The position numbers and the translations under genes are program-made. DNA of 64,000 nt from Candidatus Latescibacterota bacterium (GTDB taxonomy: Bacteria; Latescibacterota; UBA2968). The DNA lies in the NCBI GenBank assembly GCA_965222605.1, contig OZ244960.1, positions 5,472,001-5,536,000 on the forward strand, given 5' to 3'. Below the pieces are notes generated by a model, which saw only the letters and a program-made list of their open reading frames with translations, was not told where the DNA came from and made no database searches. Each line of letters opens with the position of its first letter. Positions within the stretch are counted from its first letter, which is position 1. Shown here one piece after another: positions 47,471-56,058 of the stretch.

Positions 47471-48210
47471 ATGACACTTACTTTACAAATACAACTGCTA
47501 CCGGATACGGACACAGCACAGAAGTTAAAAGCGACTGTTGAGCGGTTCAACGAGGCTGCCAATTGGCTTGCACTGAAGGCTTATGAGCGCAAGCTGGCAA
47601 ACGGCATTGCGTTACACAAACTATATTACTACGAGTTGCGTGCGCGATTTAGCCTTTCGTCCCAGATGGCGTGTCGCTGTATTGCCCAGGTTGTAGAGGC
47701 GTATAAGCGCGACAAAGAGGTGCAACCGTCGTTTCGTCGCCATGCTGCTATGCCTTACGATCAACGCCTGTATAGCTTCAAGGGCATAGACCGGGTATCT
47801 CTGCCATCTCCGGCAGGGAGAGCAGGTTTCGTAGAAACACCAACCATATCATCTCTAAACGCATCGTTGAGAAGGCCAAAGACACTGGCAAAGCGATTGC
47901 TCTTGAAGACCTCGAAGGCATACGCAAGAGCCAGAAACGGTTTCGCAAGCCTCAGCGTGCAAAGATGTCTGGATGGTCTTTCTTCCAACTTCGCACCTTT
48001 ATCGAATACAAGGCCAAGCGTGCTGGTATCCACGTAGAACCTGTTGACCCCAAATATACCAGCCAGACGTGTGCCGAATGCGGACACTTTGAGAAAGACA
48101 ATAGACATACCCAGGCATTCTTCCTGTGCAAAGTGTGTGGTCATAAAGACCATGCCGACCGCAACGCTGCTCGGAACATCCGAGCAAGGGCTTTGTGTCA
48201 ACAAGCCTAA
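47471..48210 (+). pseudogene. tnpB: tnpB pseudogene (352-bp deletion, frameshift, RuvC-I lost)
   Basis: Colinear with 19628-20719 except for a jump from GIDRVSL to ISGRESRF at TCTCTG (47798-47803). 740 nt versus 1092 nt. Confidence 0.93.
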
Positions 48211-48294
48211 TGTAGCGAATCGCCCCGCTGGGTGTGACAGCTACAAGCCACCGACTCTGGCGGTGGTAGTTGACCTCTTATCCAGTCTCTGTAG
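48140..48294 (+). ncRNA. Predicted omega/reRNA of the second element (guide CUCUUAUCCAGUCUCUG...)
   Basis: TGTAGC..GCTACA and CCACCG..CGGTGG stems are retained. Boundaries are approximate. Confidence 0.5.
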
Positions 48295-48306
48295 ATGTGT
48301 AACAGT

Positions 48307-48942
48307 TTTGTAGGAGAGCGTTACAAAAAAGGGATCCTCCCGGTGGCGCTTGAGGAAGTCGATTGTTGCGTCGGTGAAGATCTCCGTCAGGTAGCCCTCC
48401 CCAAATTCTTTGTAACCCCGGTTGTGCATGAGCGGCCCAACAACCGCGCTGTGCCCCTTTGGATCGGGCGTACGATCTTCGATATCTTTGGTGAGCAGGA
48501 AATAGTCGTGGCCGTGCGCCGAGAAACCGAGAAACTCGTCATAGCCATGGTTCAACGGATATTCGTGAGCCTCGTGATCATGAAAACCCAGACCATAATC
48601 GTTCTTGCCAAAGCGCGCTGTGGTATAGCCGTTTGCCTTCATGATCTCGGCGATATTCTTTTCGGTCTGGGGATGCCCGCATAAGAAGGAGGATTTCGGA
48701 TCCCAACGCACCTGGTGCCGTCCCGTATTCCATCCGGCACGCGAAGGGCTACACACGGGAGCCGTAAAGGCCTGCGAAAAGAGAACCCCGCGCTCAGCGA
48801 GCCGATCCATGTTCGGCGTCTGCACGTCCGGCGCATGGTGTTTGAATGCGGTCAGGTCGGCGTACCCCTGGTCGTCCGTGACGATGATGAGGATGTTCGG
48901 TAAGGAAGAGCCACTTCTGCATCTATCCGAATCTGCGCCCAT
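48307..48942 (-). pseudogene. 3'-truncated sulfatase (N-terminal half)
   Basis: LPNILIIVTDDQG, CSPSRAG, FGKND. Homology ends at PFFVTLSY and the frame reads on into the IS right end. Confidence 0.85.
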
Positions 48943-48944
48943 GA

Positions 48945-50012
48945 TTAGACCTCAGAGCCTGCAACAGTGCGAACGGCCTCGCTCCAGTCATCCCAAAGCC
49001 CCGGACCCTCCGCGCGTGGTTCAGGAGGCGGGACGGCCGGCCCAAGTTCAAGTCCGTAGTCCTTCCTCACCGAGGGCGGTGGCGATGGTCGTGGCCCTTT
49101 GACATAACGGCCGTTGTATGTTCTGTCATATACAGACTTTTTGTAGGCATCATAAAGAATCATCTGTCGAATCTGCGGAGGGTTGCTGTGGTTCGGCGTT
49201 GCCGAGTGGAACATTCGTCCGTGCGACAAGACCACATCTCCCTCGTCACCAAAGAACTCAAAGGGTTCAATGTTGGCGAGTGCGTCCTTGAGACCTGGAG
49301 GCTGTGGCAGCACGAATGCCGCAGCGCCACTATCTGGATGGGGCGAGTGCAGGATCGAATAGCGGGCGAGGTCTACGGAATCCGGCTCTGCTTCATAGAG
49401 CAAGCGGTGACTGCCGGGAAAGAGAGCAATGCCACCGCCGTCCTTTGGAACCTTATCAACGTATCCGATCGCCACCAGATGCATCGGCTCCGGGTCAATG
49501 TGTGCACCGGCACGGGCGGCATCCGCCAGAGAAGGTGAAGCGCTCTTACGCTCTCTCGGCAACACGCAGTACATACCGCGCAACTCCTTACCACCCCAGA
49601 CCGGCCAGCCACGTAGTCGGCTTCCACGAGGATCCGGATCGGCCGCGGAGGAACTGACCTCTGGTGTCACAACTTCACCTTTGCCGAGGAGTTGCTCAAA
49701 CCAGGGGAATACACGGCGTGGAAGCAAGTTGATCAGGTCCTCGTCGCCGGAGAGTTCACGCAGTCGCCAGCCGTGGTTACCGGTGCGATCATTCAGGCCA
49801 TCAGGCGTGCTTTGACGATCTGCCTCCGGGAGACCGTTTAGCCAGGTTTGAGGATCGTCTCGGCGCAAATGACTTGAGGTGTTTCCTGCCCACAGCCTGT
49901 CCCGCGCTGCAGCACAAAGTTTGGGGTCGAGAATATTTCGTTTAACGAGGAATCCGTTCGTAATAAATTGTTGGATCTCTTCTGTACTCAGTGCTGCCAA
50001 TGCTGTATTCAT
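48945..50012 (-). CDS. PhyH-like dioxygenase
   Basis: FITNGFLV, AHIDP, GGGIALFPGSH, GDVVLSHGRMFHSATPN. Confidence 0.85.
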   Translation of the reverse strand: MNTALAALSTEEIQQFITNGFLVKRNILDPKLCAAARDRLWAGNTSSHLRRDDPQTWLNGLPEADRQSTPDGLNDRTGNHGWRLRELSGDEDLINLLPRRVFPWFEQLLGKGEVVTPEVSSSAADPDPRGSRLRGWPVWGGKELRGMYCVLPRERKSASPSLADAARAGAHIDPEPMHLVAIGYVDKVPKDGGGIALFPGSHRLLYEAEPDSVDLARYSILHSPHPDSGAAAFVLPQPPGLKDALANIEPFEFFGDEGDVVLSHGRMFHSATPNHSNPPQIRQMILYDAYKKSVYDRTYNGRYVKGPRPSPPPSVRKDYGLELGPAVPPPEPRAEGPGLWDDWSEAVRTVAGSEV

Positions 50013-50039
50013 GGAAATAAGCCTTCTTTCTTCAATACT

Positions 50040-50130
50040 GAACCATTGTTGGTTCTCCTGCCTTCTAATTAATTTGACTCTGTTACATGATAATAAATCA
50101 GAAATTGATTATCAATTCATTATACTTCGA
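50040..50130. promoter_or_regulatory. Divergent promoter region with a 7-1-7 palindrome (Fur-like box)
   Basis: AT-rich. AATTGAT-T-ATCAATT at 50103-50117 lies just upstream of TATACT (50121-50126). Confidence 0.5.
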
Positions 50131-50182
50131 ACAAGAGCCTTAAAAAAACAGTCTTTGAGATTATCGAATACAAGGAGATGAG

Positions 50183-50260
50183 ATGGATAGTCACACCGCC
50201 ACCACTTCCAGCACTTCCAGTGTCGTCGATCTGCTTGACGAATTGATCGCCAATTTGTAG
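50183..50260 (+). pseudogene. 25-aa ORF or N-terminal stub at the head of the + operon
   Basis: AAGGAG RBS then MDSHTATTSSTSSVVDLLDELIANL*. Confidence 0.4.
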
Positions 50261-50333
50261 TATGCATCCGGATCCTGCCCTTGGACACCAGCAGTAGTTT
50301 TGGTGATTTCAAATACATTGAGGAGGAAGAAAA

Positions 50334-51878
50334 ATGAAAGCAAGACCATTCAAAGGTGCGAAGATAGGCAGGGCTCTGACCATTGCGTTGCTATTGGCTT
50401 TGACCGCGGGCAACGTCGCGGCCCAAAGCCCCACCGAGCTGCCGGCCAAAGATTTGAGCACGATTGATTTGTCAAAATCGGAAGGTGCTAAATACTTTCT
50501 CATAGTAAAGGCTTATGCCGATTATATGATTACCCACGGGCGCGACCGTTACGGAAAAGAACATTCGCCCCTTTTTGCCACAACGCTTAACCGGGAAACC
50601 GGAAATGTATATCGCGAAAATCCTCCCGATGCACCCAAAGGTATCCGCAATGGCGATCGCACTTGGCGTGGTTCAAATACGTCAAAAGATAATGGTTTAT
50701 ACAGCATACTTTATCATTTGACAGAAATCACCGGAGATGACAAGTATGCACAGAAAGCGGATAAAGCAATCAAATGGTTTTTTGCCAACTGCCAAAGTCT
50801 TGAAACAGGATTTATGGCCTGGGGAGAACACATCGGTTGGGATTTTTTTACAGAGGCGCCTATTAAAATGGGTACTCGATCTTTGACACACGAGTACAAA
50901 ATTTTCAATTATTGGGACAAGGTGTGGGAATTTAATCCGGAAGCTGCTGAAAAGTTTGCACTGGGATTATGGGAACACCAGATTTATGCGCACGAAGGAC
51001 CAGAAGCGGGTGAGTTTAGCCGACATGCCAGTTATGACACGCATAGTCCTGGAAAAGGAAGAGCTTTTCCCGCACATGGCGGCAATTATATCTATGTTTG
51101 GACAAAAGCATATCGGGAAACTGGCAAAGAAGTTTTTTTAACCGCCATTGAAACCGTATTGAATTATTATGAGCGAAATACAACCGATAAAGGTGCGATC
51201 TTATATGCATCAGATTTTCCTGAGCAATATTCTTTGAAACAAAGTATGAATCTGGCATCCAATCTTTATCGCGCAAAGGATTTTATGCCCGCAGACCTTG
51301 CAAATAGGATGAAGAAATTGTCAGAAGGAACAGATCCTTTGTATTTAAGTTTTGATCACGATCCGTCAAAAGGCGGAAAAGGATTTCTTGAATCTGCCAA
51401 TCTTATGACCCTTGTACCGGGGAATTTTCGGAGGTCAAGTACTGGAACGGATGCCTGGACTGAAATGTGGTCGGCTGGTTATGGGGTGGGATCGGGAAGT
51501 ACCGAGCAGGCAAACAAATGTTATGCGCGGTATAAACTAACAGGTATTGAAGGCTATAGAATCCTTTTTATGAAATCGGTGAATGCCTATTACAACGAAG
51601 ATCCTCCGCCGTCAGCAGTACTTTATCCCAGCAATTATTCCAGCATATTTAATATGATGATGAATGCGTATGAATTAACAGGGGCAGAACGTTTTTTAAG
51701 CAAAGCAAAAACGTATATGGACTTATCGGTAGAAACTTTTCTGAGTGATCAATCACCTCTACCAAAAGCATCAAACCAAAGTGAACATTATGAAGCCATA
51801 ACAGGTGGCCCAGAATTAATGGAAAATGTGCTGCGTTTATGGATGGTAATGAACCCTCAGGATCGTGCTGGCGAATAG
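50334..51878 (+). CDS. Secreted alpha/alpha-barrel protein, possibly PL2 pectate lyase-like
   Basis: Signal peptide (..VAA-Q), YADYMITHGRDRYG..SPLF, WGEH, EFSRHA, FPAHGG. AT-rich gene. Confidence 0.7.
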   Translation: MKARPFKGAKIGRALTIALLLALTAGNVAAQSPTELPAKDLSTIDLSKSEGAKYFLIVKAYADYMITHGRDRYGKEHSPLFATTLNRETGNVYRENPPDAPKGIRNGDRTWRGSNTSKDNGLYSILYHLTEITGDDKYAQKADKAIKWFFANCQSLETGFMAWGEHIGWDFFTEAPIKMGTRSLTHEYKIFNYWDKVWEFNPEAAEKFALGLWEHQIYAHEGPEAGEFSRHASYDTHSPGKGRAFPAHGGNYIYVWTKAYRETGKEVFLTAIETVLNYYERNTTDKGAILYASDFPEQYSLKQSMNLASNLYRAKDFMPADLANRMKKLSEGTDPLYLSFDHDPSKGGKGFLESANLMTLVPGNFRRSSTGTDAWTEMWSAGYGVGSGSTEQANKCYARYKLTGIEGYRILFMKSVNAYYNEDPPPSAVLYPSNYSSIFNMMMNAYELTGAERFLSKAKTYMDLSVETFLSDQSPLPKASNQSEHYEAITGGPELMENVLRLWMVMNPQDRAGE

Positions 51879-51937
51879 AGCTATAATATAACTGTCCGTC
51901 AGCAATAAAATTTCAGTATCACATTGAGGTGTTACTT

Positions 51938-52189
51938 ATGAGCGATGACGTATCAAACAAAACCAACAGGCGTGCGTTAAATATCTTGTACATCATGACC
52001 GACGAACAGCCGGTCAGTTGCGTGGCGGGGTTTGGAAACCCGGTTATCAAAACACCTAACCTGAATCCGGACTCTCCGGGGAAAAAAGCCTATACCGGGT
52101 TCCTGATGGATAGATATAAGGACAAATTGAACACACTCAAGGAATATTACAGGCTTCCGGACTCAGCCTTTCATGATAAAGTTTATTAA
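51938..52189 (+). pseudogene. Chimeric stub: sulfatase N-terminus fused to an unrelated C-terminus
   Basis: LNILYIMTDEQPVSCVAGFGNPVIKTPNL then NPDSPGKK...KVY*. No CxPxR motif. Confidence 0.8.
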
Positions 52190-52247
52190 TTCTTGAATTG
52201 TGAGAAAACCAAGAAGATTATAAAGATTCTGAGAAAAGGAGATCAGT

Positions 52248-53459
52248 ATGAGCCTGGCAATCGAAAATCAGAAGTGGGATGAAAAATTAAAGACGTTGTT
52301 TGGAGACCACGCACACAGTGAATCCCCATTTTCCCAAAGTGGGGCTGGTGTGCGTTTTACAGGTATTGATTTGTACCATCCTTTGAATGAAGCGCAAGCG
52401 GGTTTTTTACTTGATGCCTTAGCTTATTTTCGGATCGTGTGTATTGCGGGCCAAGATTTGGATCGGTTTTCCCTAGCTCACTTTGAACGTTTTGCCAATC
52501 ATTGGGGCGCGCCTGTTCCGCATCCGAATAATTTTATGCGGGGTGGTAAACCTGCACAGCAGGATGGCGATAGTGAGGGGGAGATCGAGATGATCCCGTA
52601 TGCAAACAGGAAGGTGTCCCATGTTGATAAGACCTTTCCTGGGCAGTTGCAGTGTTTGCCTCATGAATCGCCGACGGTGTTGGTGACTTCCAATTTTAGT
52701 GGGAAAGTGGGAGAGGGAGAAATTCGGGTGGGTGGTGGTGGGTCATGGCATACAGATATTGAATATGAACCGTTGCCGATCTATGTGTCGATGTTTCTTG
52801 CTCACAGTATGCCAGTGTTGCGCGATGCGCCAGGTGGAACTTGGGTGGAAGTGCCTGTCAGCGATAGTCCCAAACCCTACTTCGAAGGTTCTGATGATGA
52901 ACTTATTCGGTTGTGCAAGCAGTTGCCGCTAAATGGCGAAACGGCTTTTGCTGATGCAGCAGGCGCTTTTGCTGCGTTGCCCCTAGGAGAACAGGCAGAG
53001 TTGGAACGCGTGCAAGTAAGGCGGCGATTGAATGAGGGAGATGAAGGATGGCTGGCGCCCTTGGTGCGCACCAACCTGCGTTCGGGGATCAAGTCTTTAC
53101 ACAGTCCCATTTGGGCATCGCGACCGAATCGGCGACCAGCGATTGAGGTAGACGGGATGACAATGGAAGAATCGCGTGCTTTTTTGGACCGCTTAGAAGC
53201 CCATGTGTTACAGCCACAATTTCGGTACGATCATTTGCACAAACCGGGTGATGTGGCGATTTGGGATAACTATATGACGCTGCACACCTCGACGCCAGTA
53301 AAGTTGAATATCAACTCGATTGATGATGCGCGGTTGCTCTATCGCTTGAGTTGCAAGGGTGAACCCGCATTGTCGTTGCCAAGGAATGATGATCCAGAAT
53401 GGCTTGCCGAGCATGTTGTTGGTGGGTATGCGACACCTCAGGAAATTCTTGATGTTTAG
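52248..53459 (+). CDS. TauD/TfdA-family dioxygenase
   Basis: WHTDIEY, GETAFAD, PLVRT..SG.KSL, GDVAIWDNYMTLH. Confidence 0.88.
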   Translation: MSLAIENQKWDEKLKTLFGDHAHSESPFSQSGAGVRFTGIDLYHPLNEAQAGFLLDALAYFRIVCIAGQDLDRFSLAHFERFANHWGAPVPHPNNFMRGGKPAQQDGDSEGEIEMIPYANRKVSHVDKTFPGQLQCLPHESPTVLVTSNFSGKVGEGEIRVGGGGSWHTDIEYEPLPIYVSMFLAHSMPVLRDAPGGTWVEVPVSDSPKPYFEGSDDELIRLCKQLPLNGETAFADAAGAFAALPLGEQAELERVQVRRRLNEGDEGWLAPLVRTNLRSGIKSLHSPIWASRPNRRPAIEVDGMTMEESRAFLDRLEAHVLQPQFRYDHLHKPGDVAIWDNYMTLHTSTPVKLNINSIDDARLLYRLSCKGEPALSLPRNDDPEWLAEHVVGGYATPQEILDV

Positions 53460-53521
53460 ATAAATTGAGCTATAAGGTAAGTCACTTACTGTTGCCGCTG
53501 GGTCAACTCGCCCTTGATGCC

Positions 53522-53573
53522 AGCGTGCTCGGAGTTCGTCGGCCAAGATCAACAGTATGTTTGGGGTGCTCAC
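53522..53573 (-). pseudogene. Sulfatase N-terminal stub
   Basis: AGGAG RBS then GTG, giving MSTPNILLILADELRA, after which homology is lost. Confidence 0.75.
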
Positions 53574-53634
53574 ACGCTATCTCCTGATTGCGATATGAAA
53601 ATCCTATGCCAAATTGGGTCGCAAATCCATCAGC

Positions 53635-55104
53635 TCAGCGTTTCACCTGGGTATAGGGGCTTGAAATATACTGCTTGTAGCCGTTAACCACTCGTCCATG
53701 ATTGCTGAAGAAATCGATCTGGGAAAACCCATCCTTTAACGGTATGGCTGCAGTCCAGGCACCAGTCTTTGCATCACGTTCCATATCCATCCATTGGTCT
53801 GCGGGGATTTGCTCGTGCAAGAATGGGGCGGAACCTGCCGGAGCGCGATCATAGATCCACCATATGCGTCCGTTTATCGGCTGAGGTCCTTCATTAAAAC
53901 TCACGCTGACACTTAGTTTGTCCTTGGCGATTTTATAATTTGACTTCGGAGGCTGTAGCAAGGGCTCGCCGCCAAAGAAGTGATTCCAGAGGAAGGCATT
54001 GAGATTCTGATTGTCTTTTGCTGCAGCGCTATGCGGTTTTTGTTGGTGTCCACCATTGGGTTCGTAATAGACCGGCAACTGAGGATGGTTTTGCGCGCCC
54101 CAAAGAATGTCATATGCAACATAGTCATGTGATCCCGGCTGAAAAAACATATCGACGCCTCGCTCTTTTAGCCGATCCCAATTCTCCGTAACACACAATC
54201 TGCTAAGAAGGCAATCTGCCAAGTTGTGTATTTCGTCCCAGGACCTTCCCGCTTTCAGCGCAAGTTCATGCACACTCCTCTTTGATCCCACCATGTTGGC
54301 TTGATACCATTTCGCCCGTTGTTTCTTTAGATCTACATTGCCAGCCTTGCCAGCCTCAAAGAATGCTTTGTTTGCCGCTTCCACTTTGCCCATTTCTTCC
54401 CTATCGATCCTTCGAGTCGGCGAAAAGTAAGCAGGGGCTCTATTGGAGCATGTCGCAGTAAAACGCTCGTCATTAATCAAGGCGATTGCGGGCGCAACGC
54501 CGTTCTTCGAGCCGCCTGAGCCGGCCACTTTGCCTTTTTCAAAATGATTGACCTCTGCATACGCCGCGGTTGTAGCCCTCATTAAGGTCATCGAAAAAAT
54601 CCAGAGCTTCATGTAGCGCGGATTAAGGTCTTTCAGGAACAATTGTCCCATCTCTTGTTCCAGCCCCTGTTTTCCCGGAATCTGATTTAGCGACTTGACA
54701 ACAGTCTTGACTATGCCAACGCCATTGGCTAGTAGTTTTGCCTGAAAGGCGTTTGGTTTCGAATCTTTCATCAGTGCTTCATATGGATTTCCGCCTGTGA
54801 TATGAAAGCCCTTTGCTTTACCTTCGAGCGGCACAATCATGCGCACAGGAATCCGATAATCTTGTCCTGGCCACCATTCAGCGACCTTGATTTCGATAAG
54901 TTTCTGTCGCGTCGAGCCTGTCGGCTTGTCCGTGTGCCAATCTTCCAACGTCTTTATATCCAGCGTGCTTTCGTCAAGAATCTCTTCGGTATTGAATATG
55001 TCCCATTTCACAACAGAATCCTCCGCAGAATCGGCGGCAGACGCTGCGAGAATCATAAAAGTTGCGAGAATAACCAGCGATGCCATTATTCTAATTCTAT
55101 CCAT
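53635..55104 (-). CDS. Secreted hypothetical protein, alpha/beta-hydrolase-like (PqaA-like)
   Basis: Signal peptide, GGSKNG nucleophile-elbow-like motif, GSHDY, PNGGH. Confidence 0.6.
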   Translation of the reverse strand: MDRIRIMASLVILATFMILAASAADSAEDSVVKWDIFNTEEILDESTLDIKTLEDWHTDKPTGSTRQKLIEIKVAEWWPGQDYRIPVRMIVPLEGKAKGFHITGGNPYEALMKDSKPNAFQAKLLANGVGIVKTVVKSLNQIPGKQGLEQEMGQLFLKDLNPRYMKLWIFSMTLMRATTAAYAEVNHFEKGKVAGSGGSKNGVAPAIALINDERFTATCSNRAPAYFSPTRRIDREEMGKVEAANKAFFEAGKAGNVDLKKQRAKWYQANMVGSKRSVHELALKAGRSWDEIHNLADCLLSRLCVTENWDRLKERGVDMFFQPGSHDYVAYDILWGAQNHPQLPVYYEPNGGHQQKPHSAAAKDNQNLNAFLWNHFFGGEPLLQPPKSNYKIAKDKLSVSVSFNEGPQPINGRIWWIYDRAPAGSAPFLHEQIPADQWMDMERDAKTGAWTAAIPLKDGFSQIDFFSNHGRVVNGYKQYISSPYTQVKR

Positions 55105-55214
55105 TGCTTTCTCCTTTGCAGATTTGGTGTGACTCGCTAAGACCTATTTTGGTGCCCCATTTTTCGTAAACAAACTCCGAAAAATGCAAGAACGCGCCTG
55201 ATGGGTAAAGCTAC

Positions 55215-56018
55215 CTATTGTAAGGATTCCGGATCGTAGACAGTGGGATTGTCCGGTTCACTCAAACGCTTCCGCTCGCTGCCCCAGTTGGCTGCGGTAC
55301 CGTTCCAATAACGGGTGTCCGAAGGGGAGTACGAGAAAAGGTAGGACCAGCGCGACTTGTCGGTGCTGTTGGGTGGGCCGCCGTGTACTGTGTATCCGTG
55401 ATGCACGGTGCAGTCACCCGGCTGGTAATGGAAAGGGGGAGAAAGCTCCAGCACAGACGTCAGATTTGGATATTGCTCAAGCAGATTGCCCTGGTCATCT
55501 TTGAATACCGAGCCAAGTGGTCCTTCGCGATGGGAGCGACTGACGAACCGCATGGCACTCATCTCGGGGGGCACTTCCGCCAGTGCAAGCCAAAACTGGA
55601 GCTCGCCCACGCGATCAGAACCGTGCTCTGACGAGTCTTGATGATAGGTGGCTCCGGCTGCTCCAGGAGGTTTGTGTTGGAGGATGTCGATGCGATAGCG
55701 AAGAGGGATGTCTACACCTTTGAGGCGCTTCCTGTTCACGAGTCGGGTCGCGTTTTTTGACATGCGCTCGCTGAACATAAACGAACCGAACTGCTTGGCC
55801 TCTTCCTGCCGCGCCAGGCCGACGGCCCGTCTGCCTCCCTTATCTGCGCTGTAGCGTTCCAACCACGCCTGACCGACGCTCAGGAGCTCTGTTGCAAAAT
55901 CCCGGTCCACGAGCTGCTTCATCATGACCCACCCGTATTCGTGGTAGTGGGCTACTTCTTCGTCTGTGACCTCCCGAACGACGGCTTCGATCTCACGCTC
56001 TGTCAATGCTTGTCCCAT
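55215..56018 (-). CDS. PhyH-family dioxygenase, paralog of 2859-3665
   Basis: HQD and long stretches identical to 2859-3665. Confidence 0.9.
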   Translation of the reverse strand: MGQALTEREIEAVVREVTDEEVAHYHEYGWVMMKQLVDRDFATELLSVGQAWLERYSADKGGRRAVGLARQEEAKQFGSFMFSERMSKNATRLVNRKRLKGVDIPLRYRIDILQHKPPGAAGATYHQDSSEHGSDRVGELQFWLALAEVPPEMSAMRFVSRSHREGPLGSVFKDDQGNLLEQYPNLTSVLELSPPFHYQPGDCTVHHGYTVHGGPPNSTDKSRWSYLFSYSPSDTRYWNGTAANWGSERKRLSEPDNPTVYDPESLQ

Positions 56019-56058
56019 AACCAGTGCTCCTCAAGTGTAATGTCCCAATTCAAAACCA

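Larger units (their letters stand above)
47367..48274 (+). mobile_element. Second IS200/IS605 tnpB-only element, internally deleted (908 bp)
   Basis: Left end follows TCAT: TTTACCTCCG-GAAA-C-CACGTCC TTTG GGACGTG hairpin. Right end: CAAG-CCACCG..CGGTGG-TAGTTGAC. Confidence 0.75.

Noticed and set aside
19566-48274. Composite transposon or inversion bounded by the two inverted tnpB elements
   Set aside because: Each element's own flanks rejoin into a sensible empty site, and gene orientation is the same inside and outside.
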